From the NCBI GenBank assembly GCA_016792865.1, contig JAEUMJ010000045.1, forward strand, positions 3,960 through 67,959: a DNA stretch of 64,000 nt. The letters are read 5' to 3'. The position numbers and the translations under genes are program-made. Within the stretch, counting starts at the first letter, position 1; each line of letters begins with the position of its first letter. Shown one piece after another: positions 35,508 through 46,778 of this stretch. The DNA comes from Hyphomicrobiales bacterium. GTDB taxonomy: Bacteria; Pseudomonadota; Alphaproteobacteria; Rhizobiales; Aestuariivirgaceae. Under the pieces are notes generated by a model that made no database searches, was not told the origin of the DNA, and saw nothing but the letters and a program-made list of their open reading frames with translations.

Positions 35508-36698
35508 TCAGCCGAGACGGCCCTGGAAACTGGCCGTCACCGGCACCAGAATGATGCCGCGCTCGTTGGCGTCTTTGGCCCAGTCCTTGAGCGTGTCAAT
35601 GGTGATCTCAAGGCCGGAGCCGGTGCCAACGGCGATGCCCTTGGCTTTGGCCTCTTCTTCCAGCATGTTCAAGGCATTGCTGATGGCCTGGGGCGAGGGG
35701 TCGGCATCGATCACGGTCTTGGCGCGGAGGGCTTGCAGGTTGACGGCCTTGGCTGCGCCTTCCGTGGCGGAAAGGGCGAGCGAACCGTCTTCCAGGAACA
35801 GCAGGCCGCGGGATTTCAACTCGCTGAACATCGGTTTCAGCGCCTTGGGCATGGAGAGGAAGCGACCCCCCATGTAGTTCACCACACCGGCATAACCGGC
35901 GAAGCGGCTCATCAGCCAGCGCATCGAATCAATGTTCTCGGCGTCGCTGGCATCACCCAGAAGCGTGTGCGGGCCGGGGTTGCTGGCGGGATAGCCAATG
36001 GGTTCGAGCGGCATCTGCAGGAAGACCTCGTGACCGTTGCCACGCGCCGCGTTCACCTGTTCCTGAAGCTCGGCACCATAGGGCGCAAAGGCCAGCGTCA
36101 CCTCACCGGGCAGTTCCCGGATGGCGCGTTGCGTCAGCTTCTTGTTGAGGCCAAGCCCGCCCAGGAGAATGGCGATCTTCGGCCTGTCGGAGTGCACATC
36201 GTTGAGCGACGCGGTGCGGGCATAGACCTTGGAGGGCTTCTCGCCCTGCTTCGAGATGCGCGGCAACTGCCCCCAGGTCGAGACCTCCGTCACGGCGGCA
36301 ATGGGCGCAGGGGCCAGCGAGCGGCGCGGCTGCACGATGATGGCGTCATCGGCCTTGACGAATTGCTGCTCCACCGCCTCCTCTGCCGGGGCCGGCGCCT
36401 GCGTGGCGGGATCGCTGCTGTCGATGTCGGGAACAACCGCATCAGCCACCTCTTCGCTACCGTCTCCAGGCGCGGGGTCGGTCGAAGCGGTCTTGATGTC
36501 CTCGGCCGCAGGAATTGACAGGCTGACCATCGGCTCGCCGGCAAAGGGCATGGGCTGACGGACCGCCCACCAGGCGCCCGAGCCGAACGCCACGGCGGTC
36601 AGGACATAGGCCGTCGCCAGAAGACTTGGCCGTTTCGCCCACAGGCGTTGGCTCAGGCTCTTCTTGCGCAAGGGCTGCTTCAGTTCATCGCGAAACAT
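35508..36698 (-). CDS. Divergent polysaccharide deacetylase family protein (YibQ-like)
   Basis: Start set at ATG 36698 (MFRDELKQPLRKK...). One transmembrane segment and a Pro/Ala-rich linker. C-terminal domain has IAILLGGLGLN...TLAFAPY...FLQMPLEP. Confidence 0.8.
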   Translation of the reverse strand: MFRDELKQPLRKKSLSQRLWAKRPSLLATAYVLTAVAFGSGAWWAVRQPMPFAGEPMVSLSIPAAEDIKTASTDPAPGDGSEEVADAVVPDIDSSDPATQAPAPAEEAVEQQFVKADDAIIVQPRRSLAPAPIAAVTEVSTWGQLPRISKQGEKPSKVYARTASLNDVHSDRPKIAILLGGLGLNKKLTQRAIRELPGEVTLAFAPYGAELQEQVNAARGNGHEVFLQMPLEPIGYPASNPGPHTLLGDASDAENIDSMRWLMSRFAGYAGVVNYMGGRFLSMPKALKPMFSELKSRGLLFLEDGSLALSATEGAAKAVNLQALRAKTVIDADPSPQAISNALNMLEEEAKAKGIAVGTGSGLEITIDTLKDWAKDANERGIILVPVTASFQGRLG

Positions 36699-36749
36699 GA
36701 TGGGGGCCGTCGAAAATCGATTCGTTGCCCTCACTCTGCCGCCCAACCG

Positions 36750-36765
36750 TTAACGCGTTGTTAAC
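36750..36765. promoter_or_regulatory. Perfect CtrA box (TTAA-N7-TTAAC)
   Basis: TTAAcgcgttgTTAAC, 52 nt upstream of the YibQ-like gene start and downstream of the ctpA terminator. Confidence 0.5.
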
Positions 36766-36812
36766 CACGAAGAACCGGAGGGCGAGGCGCAGTTGGGTTC
36801 CGGCAGGTCGGG

Positions 36813-36842
36813 CAAGAAAAAAGGCCGGGTTGCCCCGGCCTT
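36813..36842 (-). terminator. Rho-independent terminator after ctpA
   Basis: The minus strand reads AAGGCCGGG-gcaa-CCCGGCCTT (9-bp stem), followed by TTTTTTC. Confidence 0.7.
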
Positions 36843-36869
36843 CCGGATTCATGCCCGTCGGGGCGGAGT

Positions 36870-38204
36870 TCAATTCGCCTGTTTCGCCTTCTCGTCCTTC
36901 TTTTCCGGCGGCTTGACGTTGCTCACGACCTTGACGCCGTGCAGGAAATCGATCGCGGCCTTGAGCTGCACGTCCTTGGTCTTGTCTTCCGGCACATAAA
37001 CGGAAGAACCGCCGCCTTCATCGCCACCCTCGGTGTTGCTGAGATGGCCGCGCAAGCCCGCTTCGCCTTCCGACGAGACGTTCTTGCCCTGCAGTTCCGG
37101 CGGAAGCGGTTCCTCGATCACGATATCCGCATCAATGCCCTTGGCCTGGATGGAGCGGCCCGAAGGTGTGTAGTAGCGCTGCGTGGTGAGGCGGATGGCG
37201 CCTTCATTGCCCAGCGGGATGATGGTCTGCACCGAGCCCTTGCCGAACGAGCGCGTGCCGATGAGCGTGGCGCGGTGATGGTCCTGCAAGGCACCGGCCA
37301 CGATTTCAGAGGCCGAGGCAGATCCGCCGTTGATCAGGACGACCAGCGGCTTGCCGCCGGTGAGATCGCCCTTCTGGGCGGAGTGGCGCTCGATTTCATC
37401 GGTATTGCGCCCGCGGGTGGAGACGATTTCGCCGCGTTCAAGGAAGGCATCCGACACCGACACGGCCTGGAGGAGAAGGCCGCCCGGATTGTTGCGCAGG
37501 TCGAGGATGTAGCCCTTGACCTTGCCCGACGTCTGCTTGTCGATGGCGGCGATGGCCTTCTGCAGGCCGATGTCCGACTGCTCGGTGAAGGAACTCATGC
37601 GGATCAGGCCGACATCATTGTCTTCCAGCGAGAACTTCACCGACTCCATCTTGATGATGTCGCGGGTGATGGTGACATCGAAGGGATCCTGCTTGCCGCG
37701 CACGATGGTGAGGGTGACGGGCGTGCCCACCGCGCCGCGCATCTTGTCCACCGCCTCGTTGAGCGTGAGGCCCTGCACTTCCTTCTTGTCGATGCCGACA
37801 ATCAGGTCGTTGGTGAGAATGCCGGCCTTCGATGCGGGCGTGCCGTCATAGGGAGACATGACCTTGACGACGCCGTTCTCCATCGTCACCTCGATTCCGA
37901 GGCCGCCGAACTCGCCCTTGGTCTTCACGTTCATGTCCTCGAAGGACTGGGCGTCCATGTAGCTCGAATGGGGATCGAGCGACATCAGCATGCCGTTGAT
38001 GGCAGCCTCGATCATCTTCTTCTCGTCCGGCTGCTCGACATAGTCGGAGCGGACGCGATCGTACACGTCGCCGAACAGGTTGAGGAGCTTGTAGGTCTCC
38101 GCGTTCGAGGCCGCGTCAGCTGCATTGAAGGCCTGCATCAGCACAATGCCCGATACGGCACCTGCGAGCACCAAACCAAAAGTCTTCATTCGTGACGCCT
38201 TCAT
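36870..38204 (-). CDS. ctpA: S41 family carboxyl-terminal processing peptidase
   Basis: Start at ATG 38204, overlapping the upstream stop as ATGA. Signal/anchor, PDZ region, catalytic GSASASEI, and K in RSFGKGSVQ. Confidence 0.85.
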   Translation of the reverse strand: MKASRMKTFGLVLAGAVSGIVLMQAFNAADAASNAETYKLLNLFGDVYDRVRSDYVEQPDEKKMIEAAINGMLMSLDPHSSYMDAQSFEDMNVKTKGEFGGLGIEVTMENGVVKVMSPYDGTPASKAGILTNDLIVGIDKKEVQGLTLNEAVDKMRGAVGTPVTLTIVRGKQDPFDVTITRDIIKMESVKFSLEDNDVGLIRMSSFTEQSDIGLQKAIAAIDKQTSGKVKGYILDLRNNPGGLLLQAVSVSDAFLERGEIVSTRGRNTDEIERHSAQKGDLTGGKPLVVLINGGSASASEIVAGALQDHHRATLIGTRSFGKGSVQTIIPLGNEGAIRLTTQRYYTPSGRSIQAKGIDADIVIEEPLPPELQGKNVSSEGEAGLRGHLSNTEGGDEGGGSSVYVPEDKTKDVQLKAAIDFLHGVKVVSNVKPPEKKDEKAKQAN

Positions 38205-39493
38205 CTCATTGCCTCTTTGCCGCCGGAGCGCCACCACGGGGATGGATCGACCGGCTCGTTTCGCTTGCGGAATTCCACGTATAGCACGGGAAAGGCCGCT
38301 TTTGTTAAGTCTGCTGCCAATGCCATGTGAGCAGGCTTGTCGCCCATGATCCCCACGGGCTCTCCTGCGCGCACGGTCTGGCCCTGGGCAGCCGTAATTT
38401 CGTGCATCCCGGCCAATAGCACAAGATACCCGTCGCCCGGATTAATGATCACAACTTGGTCATAACTGTGGAAGGTTCCGGCAAAGGCGATCGTGCCGTC
38501 AACCGGAGAGAGAACCTGCGCCTGGGCTTGCGCGGCCAGGAACACGCCGGAGGTGCGGCCATCGAGCCCGTTGTCCACGCCGTAGCCTTTCCAGATCCTG
38601 CCCTGGACCGGATAGTCCAGTTGCCCCAAGGCCTTGGCGAACACCATAGGCGGCCGCGCTGCCCGTGCCGCATCGGCTTCGGCCCGGATCCGGGCGGCCT
38701 CTTCCCGGGCCAGCCGTTCAGCCTCGGCCCTGGCCCGCGCCTCGGCCTCGGCCTGGCGGCGGCGGGCGTCCTCCGCCTTGTTGCGCTCGACCGCTGCAAC
38801 GAGATCCTTGAGGCTATGGGCTTCCTCGGCCAGCGAATCGGACCTGGCCTTCTCGCTGGAAAGGGCCGCCGCAATCTCTTCCGCCGCCTTCTGCCGCTCG
38901 CTCACGACCACCGCCATGTCGGCGCGGGTACGCTCAAGGGCGGCAAGGGCGTCGGCACTGCGCTGCCTTTCATCCTGCAGGGCCTGCCTGATCGCCTCCA
39001 CATCGGCGAGCGCCTGCTTCAGTTCTTCCATGTCATGCCGGAGGTCCGGGATCACGGCCCCGAACATCATGGCCCCGCGCAGCGCGGTGAGCACATCGCC
39101 GGGAGAAACGACGAGCGCCGGAGGAGGGTTTTCCTCCAGCCGCTGCAAGCCCGCCAGCAGCTTCGACAGGGACTCGCGTTTCTTCGCCAGCGCCAGCTCG
39201 GCGCGGGCATTGTCCTGCTTCAGCTTGTCGAGACGGCCTTCCGTCTTCGCCAGGGCTGCCTCCTGGTTGCGCGCCTTGCCGGCCAGCTCGACGAGCTTGG
39301 CGGAGGCGTCTTCCTGCGCCCGGATCGCCTCGACCATGCGACGGACCAGTTCCGCCTGCGCCTCCTTGGCGGCTGCAAGCTGGGCCTCCAGCGCCGCGAG
39401 ATCCTGTGCCGGATCGGCTTCCGAACGGGCCGCCGCAGGCGCAAGCGAAAGCCCCGCAGCGAGTGCGGCAGCAAGCAGGAAGTGGCGCGACAT
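38201..39493 (-). CDS. Murein hydrolase activator EnvC-like: coiled-coil plus M23 (LytM) peptidase domain protein
   Basis: Start at ATG 39493 (MSRHFLLAAALAAGLSLAPAAA signal); 39502 is also possible. Long Ala/Glu/Gln-rich coiled coil. C-terminal LytM domain (GVFLAAQAQAQVLSPVDGTIAFAG). Confidence 0.8.
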   Translation of the reverse strand: MSRHFLLAAALAAGLSLAPAAARSEADPAQDLAALEAQLAAAKEAQAELVRRMVEAIRAQEDASAKLVELAGKARNQEAALAKTEGRLDKLKQDNARAELALAKKRESLSKLLAGLQRLEENPPPALVVSPGDVLTALRGAMMFGAVIPDLRHDMEELKQALADVEAIRQALQDERQRSADALAALERTRADMAVVVSERQKAAEEIAAALSSEKARSDSLAEEAHSLKDLVAAVERNKAEDARRRQAEAEARARAEAERLAREEAARIRAEADAARAARPPMVFAKALGQLDYPVQGRIWKGYGVDNGLDGRTSGVFLAAQAQAQVLSPVDGTIAFAGTFHSYDQVVIINPGDGYLVLLAGMHEITAAQGQTVRAGEPVGIMGDKPAHMALAADLTKAAFPVLYVEFRKRNEPVDPSPWWRSGGKEAMR

Positions 39494-39563
39494 CCGGAGC
39501 ATCAGGAGCGGGATCGGAAAAGGCCTTTTGAGCAAGCGTGGGCGAATGCCCGAGGGGGAGTGC

Positions 39564-40046
39564 TCAGGCGCGATGGTAGGGATGATTAACCAGAATGGTG
39601 ACTGCCCGGTAAATTTGCTCAAGAAGCATGACCCGGACCATCCGGTGGGGCCACGTCATCGGGCCGAAACTGATTGTTTTCAAAGACTTGCTTCTGGTTT
39701 CGGAGGCATGGCCGTCGGGTCCGCCGATCATCAGGGTGAGCTGCCGGGCCCCTCTTGCCGCCTCTGCCGCCAGCAATCGGGCGAAGGCCTCGCTCGACAG
39801 GGCCTCGCCGCGCTCGTCCAGCACCAGCACGGGCGACCCCTCCGGCACCACCGACCAGAGATGTTTTGCCTCATCCTGCTGGCGGAGCTTCACGTCGCGA
39901 CCGCGCGATTCCGCCCAGTCATGCACAGCCAGTCCGGTGAAACCGGCCTTGCGGCCAAGCCCCAGGATGCGCTGCTCGTATTCCGCCGCGAGATCCTTCT
40001 CCGGTCCCGACTTCAGGTGCCCGATGGCGGCAATCGCGATCTTCAC
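39564..40046 (-). CDS. rlmH: 23S rRNA (pseudouridine1915-N3)-methyltransferase
   Basis: GTG start at 40046 gives a 160-aa protein (V)KIAIAAIGHLKSGPEKDL...LMIGGPDGH...MTWPHRMVRVMLLEQIYRA, a SPOUT family member. Confidence 0.85.
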   Translation of the reverse strand: MKIAIAAIGHLKSGPEKDLAAEYEQRILGLGRKAGFTGLAVHDWAESRGRDVKLRQQDEAKHLWSVVPEGSPVLVLDERGEALSSEAFARLLAAEAARGARQLTLMIGGPDGHASETRSKSLKTISFGPMTWPHRMVRVMLLEQIYRAVTILVNHPYHRA

Positions 40047-40071
40047 GCGAAACTCACCTTCATGCTCAGGC

Positions 40072-40857
40072 TCAGGCCGGAGCGTGCTCGGACCAGAGCT
40101 TTTCCAGATTGTAGAAGCTGCGCACTTCCGGACGGAAGACATGCACCATCACATCGCCGGCATCGACCAGCACCCAGTCGCATTGCGGCATGCCTTCGAC
40201 GCGGAGGTTCTTCTTGCCCATCTGTTCGAGGCGTTCCACCACCTGATCGGCGATGGCGCTGACATGGCGGTTGGACCGCCCGGAGGCCACCACCATCACA
40301 TCGGCGACGGTGGATTTCCGGGACACGTCGATCGTCACCACCTGCTCGGCCTTGCTGTCATCGAGCTGCTTCAGGACTTCCATGACCAGCGGCGGCCATT
40401 GCGGCGGCGGTGGCGCAGCCGCAACCGGTGCCTGTTTCGGCGCGGCCTTGACCGCGACCGGCGTCTTGGCAACAGGCTTCCGTGCCGTGGACTTCGATGC
40501 GACGGGCTTCCTGGCGGCAGGCGTCTTTGCGGCAGCTTTCCGTGTGGCGGGCTTCGCTGCGGGCGACCGGGTTGCGGCTTTCACGGCCTTCTTGGCAGCG
40601 GTTTTCTTCGCCGCGCCCTTCCGGGCCGGGGCCTTCGCACCCTGGCCGCCAGCGGCCTTTTTCGTTGCAGGCTTCTTCGTTGCGGTTTTCCTCGCGGGCG
40701 ACTTCACCTTGGCCTTTGCCACCGTCCTGGCCACGGCCTTGGCCTTTGGCCTTGCGGCCTTCACGGTTTTCCTGGCGGAGGTGCCGGCGGCCTTCTTCGC
40801 AACCTTGCCGGCGGATCTCTTCGCCTTCGCTGCGCTCTTCTTCGCTGGTTTTTTCAG
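40072..40857 (-). CDS. rsfS: Ribosome silencing factor RsfS with long Ala/Lys/Pro-rich N-terminal extension
   Basis: The C-terminal roughly 110 aa are canonical RsfS (VTIDVSRKSTVADVMVVASGRSNRHV...DWVLVDAGDVMVHVFRPEVRSFYNLEKLW). The track ORF starts at GTG 40764. The Lys/Ala-rich frame stays open up to the TAG at 40888-40890. I propose CTG 40857 with AAGGGA 8 nt upstream. The start is uncertain. Confidence 0.75.
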   Translation of the reverse strand: MKKPAKKSAAKAKRSAGKVAKKAAGTSARKTVKAARPKAKAVARTVAKAKVKSPARKTATKKPATKKAAGGQGAKAPARKGAAKKTAAKKAVKAATRSPAAKPATRKAAAKTPAARKPVASKSTARKPVAKTPVAVKAAPKQAPVAAAPPPPQWPPLVMEVLKQLDDSKAEQVVTIDVSRKSTVADVMVVASGRSNRHVSAIADQVVERLEQMGKKNLRVEGMPQCDWVLVDAGDVMVHVFRPEVRSFYNLEKLWSEHAPA

Positions 40858-40909
40858 TGTGGTATTCCCTTGCTGTTGACGGTCAATCTAGCCCCGCCCG
40901 CGAATGCGT

Positions 40910-41509
40910 TCAAGGACGCTTGCGCCGCTTGCGGATGGCTGTCGAACTCTCCTTTCGCAACGGCATGGTGACAAAGCAGAAGGCCGGTGGCTTCCGCAGC
41001 GGCAGCGACGCCGCCAGATGCTGCGGCACCCGGCAACTGGCATAGCGCGTGGCGGCAGGGCTTTGCAGCGCCCGGATCGAATAGCCGGGACGGGCCAGCA
41101 CGGCGACCGGCACGGCCTCCATGATGTCGGTCCAGTGATGCCAGTGATGCAGGTTGGCAAGGCTGTCGGCGCCCATGATCCAGACGAAATGCCCGTTTGC
41201 GAAAGCCCCTTTCAGGGCCTCCAGCGTCTGGGCCGTGTAGCGGGTGCTGATCTGCCGCTCCAGGTCGCTGACGACGAAACGCGGATGACGCGCAATGCGC
41301 CGCGTATAGGCAAGGCGCTTGCCGTAGTCGTCGGTTTCACGCGGGTCTTTCAGCGGATTCTGCGGCGACACCAGCCACCACACCCAATCGAGCTTGAGGC
41401 GCTTCAAGGCATAGAGGGCCACCATGTAGTGGCCGCGGTGGGCAGGATTGAACGAGCCTCCGAAAAGCCCGATGCGCTGTCCCTTGCCGAAAGGCGGCAG
41501 CCGCATCAC
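40910..41509 (-). CDS. nadD: Nicotinate-nucleotide adenylyltransferase
   Basis: 199 aa. [14 protein letters not shown] (HxGH motif) and [10 protein letters not shown] (ISSTxxR-like). 4-nt overlap with the proA stop. Confidence 0.85.
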   Translation of the reverse strand: MMRLPPFGKGQRIGLFGGSFNPAHRGHYMVALYALKRLKLDWVWWLVSPQNPLKDPRETDDYGKRLAYTRRIARHPRFVVSDLERQISTRYTAQTLEALKGAFANGHFVWIMGADSLANLHHWHHWTDIMEAVPVAVLARPGYSIRALQSPAATRYASCRVPQHLAASLPLRKPPAFCFVTMPLRKESSTAIRKRRKRP

Positions 41510-42751
41510 ACGGGCCGGACCTGGCCGTTGCCACGCACCTGATACTTGAAGGTGGTGAGCTGCTCCACCCCCACAGGCCCGCGGGCATGAAGCTTTCCGG
41601 TCGCGATGCCGATTTCGGCCCCGAAGCCGAATTCGCCGCCATCGGCGAATTGTGTCGAGGCGTTGTGCAGCACGATGGCCGAATCCACCGTGCGCAGGAA
41701 TTTCTCCGCCGTGGCTGCATTTCCGGTGATGATCGATTCGGTATGCTGTGAGCCATACCTGGAAATATGCGCCATCGCCTCATCGACCCCATCGACAACC
41801 TTCATGGAAACGATGGCATCGAGATATTCCGTGGACCAGTCTTCTTCGGTTGCGGCCTTCACGCCCGCCACCGCCGTCTGCGTGGCGGCATCGCCGCGCA
41901 CCTCGCAACCCGCATCCATCAGTGCACGGACGATCGGTTTCAGCGCCGTGTCCGCGACCGCCCTGTCGACCAGCACGGTTTCGGCAGCCCCGCACACGCC
42001 GGTGCGGCGCATCTTGGCATTGAGGACGATGGCCTGCGCCATGGCGGGATCGGCATCGCGATCCACGTAAACGTGGCAGATGCCTTCCAGATGGCTGAAC
42101 ACCGGAACCCTGGCATCGGCCTGGACCCGCGCCACGAGGCTCTTGCCGCCGCGCGGCACGATCAGGTCGATGGTGCCGCCAAGCCCGCTGAGCATGTCAC
42201 CCACCGCGGCGCGGTCGGCGGTCGGCACCATCTGGATGGCGGCGGGATCGAGTGCCGCCGAGGCCAGCCCCTCGGCCAGGCAGGCCACGATGGCGCGTGA
42301 GCTTTCGAAACTGTCCGAGCCGCCCCGCAGGATTGCGGCGTTGCCCGACTTGAGGCAAAGCCCGCCCGCATCCGCCGTCACGTTGGGACGGCTTTCATAG
42401 ATGATCCCGATGACGCCGATGGGAACGGAGACGCGGGAGATCTCAAGGCCGTTGGGCCTTGTCCAGCGGGACAGCACCCGGCCAACCGGATCGGGAAGGG
42501 CGGCGATGTCCTCCAGTCCCCTGGCGATGGCCTCCAGACGGTCGGGCGTCAGGCGCAGCCGGTCCACCAGCGAGGGCTTCAACTGCCGTTCGGCTGCTGC
42601 CGCAAGATCCTTGGCATTGGCCGCGATGATGACATTGGCGTTGCGTCGGATGGCGGCGGCCATGGCGACAAGAGCTTCATTCTTCTGTGCGGCCGGGGCA
42701 AGCGCCAGGGCTGCGGCGGCTTTCCGCGCCCTCTCGCCCAACTGCTTCATC

Positions 42752-42768
<17 letters not shown>
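41506..42768 (-). CDS. proA: Glutamate-5-semialdehyde dehydrogenase (gamma-glutamyl phosphate reductase)
   Basis: 420 aa, aldehyde dehydrogenase fold with catalytic Cys context TGVCGAAET. Alternative ATG starts at 42762 and 42750. Confidence 0.9.
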
Positions 42769-44937
<2,169 letters not shown>

Positions 44938-45166
44938 CTAGCGCAACACCCGCGTGGTTGTAATCAACCGTGAAAGAAAAGATGCGCGATTCTCGCCGTG
45001 CAGGACCGGCGGGACGCTCCGGGCTTGAGGACGAGGGCCGCCCCGCCCCTGGGGTTGTGCAACCGCCCCTGCCATTGCGTGCAGGTGGCGAGGACGGTCT
45101 CCGCCAGGGGGAGGAGGAACGGGAAATCCGGACACACCCTCTTCAACCACAACAAAAAAGCGACCA

Positions 45167-45182
45167 TTAACCTCTCGTTAAC
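45167..45182. promoter_or_regulatory. Perfect CtrA box (TTAA-N7-TTAAC)
   Basis: TTAAcctctcgTTAAC in the 436-bp obgE / SLT divergent spacer, 183 nt upstream of the SLT-domain gene ATG. Confidence 0.5.
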
Positions 45183-45364
45183 GAAGATGTTGCATCGCAG
45201 CAACAGTGTGATGTGAATGTATTTCCGGGGGAGTGGTCCATATTATCGTCACATTTGGACAATGTAACGACCCCTATTCACCACAGAGTCGGTCTGGCAG
45301 ACGTCATCTTATACAGGGATGACGGAATGTTAGTCCGACAGAAGCCTGAAGGGGGTTTTATTAT

Positions 45365-45835
45365 ATGAATAAGTACTTCACGTCTGCTGTTGTAGCGTCC
45401 ACCTTGTACTTGTCTTTACTTGCCACGACAGCTTCGGCAGCGTGCCTGAAAGGAAAAAGCTGCAGCACTGAAAAGATAAGCCCGCGCAGCGCCCGCATTG
45501 TTGAAATGATCAAGGCCGTGGCTCCCGCCCACGGTGTGCCCACCTGGTTTGCACTTCGCATTGCCAAGGTCGAATCCAACTACAACCCCCGCGCCCGTGG
45601 CAGCCATGGTGAACTGGGTCTTTACCAGCTCAAGTGCTCCACCGCCCGCGAGGTCGGATTTCGCGGCAGCTGCTCGACCCTGCTGAACCCCACCGTCAAC
45701 ATCGAATATGGCCTGAAGCATCTCGCCATTGCCATCCGCAAGTCCAACGGCGACCTGCGCATGGCTGCATCGAAGCACAATGGCGGCCTGGGCCGCACCC
45801 GCCTGGTGGCCGCCTACGTCGCCAAGGTGTTCTGA
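45365..45835 (+). CDS. Secreted lytic transglycosylase (SLT domain) protein
   Basis: 156 aa. Signal peptide MNKYFTSAVVASTLYLSLLATTASA. SLT core is VESNYNPRARGSHGELGLYQL, with catalytic E in KVES, plus YGLKHL. Codon usage is visibly less GC3-biased than in the neighbours. Confidence 0.75.
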   Translation: MNKYFTSAVVASTLYLSLLATTASAACLKGKSCSTEKISPRSARIVEMIKAVAPAHGVPTWFALRIAKVESNYNPRARGSHGELGLYQLKCSTAREVGFRGSCSTLLNPTVNIEYGLKHLAIAIRKSNGDLRMAASKHNGGLGRTRLVAAYVAKVF

Positions 45836-45857
45836 TCCCGGAACCCGCGCCGGAGGT

Positions 45858-46406
45858 TCAGGCCATCCGGCGCGCTTGCCACCGGTCCCGTGACAGGCTG
45901 AGATTTGTCACGGGAACCTCCCTGCCCTGCGCTTTCGAATAGCTGCTGCAGGGCCCGACGACCTCGAATCCCAGTTTCTCAAGGATGCGCGCCGAGGCCG
46001 TGTTGCCGTTGTGGTAACAGGCGACGACCCTGTCATGCCCGGCCCGTTCGAAGGCGTCATCCACCATGGCCCGCGCCGCCTCGCTGCCGATGCCCCGGCC
46101 CCAGACCCGTTGCGAATACCAATAGCCCAGTTCGGCGTCGTCCTGGGCCTCGCTCCATTCATAGGATATGACGCCGACAAGTTCGCCCGGTGCCGTCTTT
46201 TCCTCGACCCCGGCCACCCGTGAGCGTGCCGCGAGCCTGTCCACGAACCGCAGGAAATCCAGCGCATCGTCAAGATGATAAGGATGCGGAATGCGCGCCG
46301 TGTTGCGCGCAATGGCCATGTCGTTCAGCTCCCGCACCAGGACCGGCGCATCACCTTCCGCAAGGGGCCTCAGGATCAGCCGCGCCGTTTCGAGCCTGCC
46401 CGCCAT
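45858..46406 (-). CDS. GNAT family N-acetyltransferase (RimJ/RimL-like)
   Basis: Start at ATG 46406 (MAGRLETARLILRPL), with AGGAG 5 nt upstream. Contains WGRGIGSEAARAMVDDAF. Confidence 0.8.
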   Translation of the reverse strand: MAGRLETARLILRPLAEGDAPVLVRELNDMAIARNTARIPHPYHLDDALDFLRFVDRLAARSRVAGVEEKTAPGELVGVISYEWSEAQDDAELGYWYSQRVWGRGIGSEAARAMVDDAFERAGHDRVVACYHNGNTASARILEKLGFEVVGPCSSYSKAQGREVPVTNLSLSRDRWQARRMA

Positions 46407-46492
46407 GGGCGTTCTCCTATGAAAAAAGGGAGCAAATGGTGTCCCATCTGCTCCCCTGATGCAATGCCGGACCATCCGGCAGGCGCAATCGC

Positions 46493-46759
46493 TTATTCGG
46501 CAGCCTTCGGCGCAACCACCGAGACAACCTGCTTGTTGCCCTTGGTGCCGCGGAATTCCACCGTTCCTGCAACCATCGCGAAGATGGTGTGGTCACGGCC
46601 CATGCCGACGCCCGTTCCGGGGTGCCACTTGGTGCCGCGCTGACGCAGGATGATGTTGCCGGGAATCGCCTGTTCACCGCCGAACAGCTTGACGCCGAGA
46701 CGGCGGCCTGCGGTATCGCGGCCGTTGCGGGATGAACCGCCTGCTTTCTTGTGTGCCAT
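46493..46759 (-). CDS. rpmA: 50S ribosomal protein L27
   Basis: [29 protein letters not shown]... is canonical L27. Confidence 0.95.
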   Translation of the reverse strand: MAHKKAGGSSRNGRDTAGRRLGVKLFGGEQAIPGNIILRQRGTKWHPGTGVGMGRDHTIFAMVAGTVEFRGTKGNKQVVSVVAPKAAE

Positions 46760-46778
46760 GGTTCAGGACTCCTCTCGG

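Noticed and set aside
44938-45216. Small ORFs (66-79 aa) on both strands in the obgE / SLT spacer.
   Set aside because: They show no coding-type GC3 bias, no SD and no recognisable motifs, and they overlap one another in several frames.
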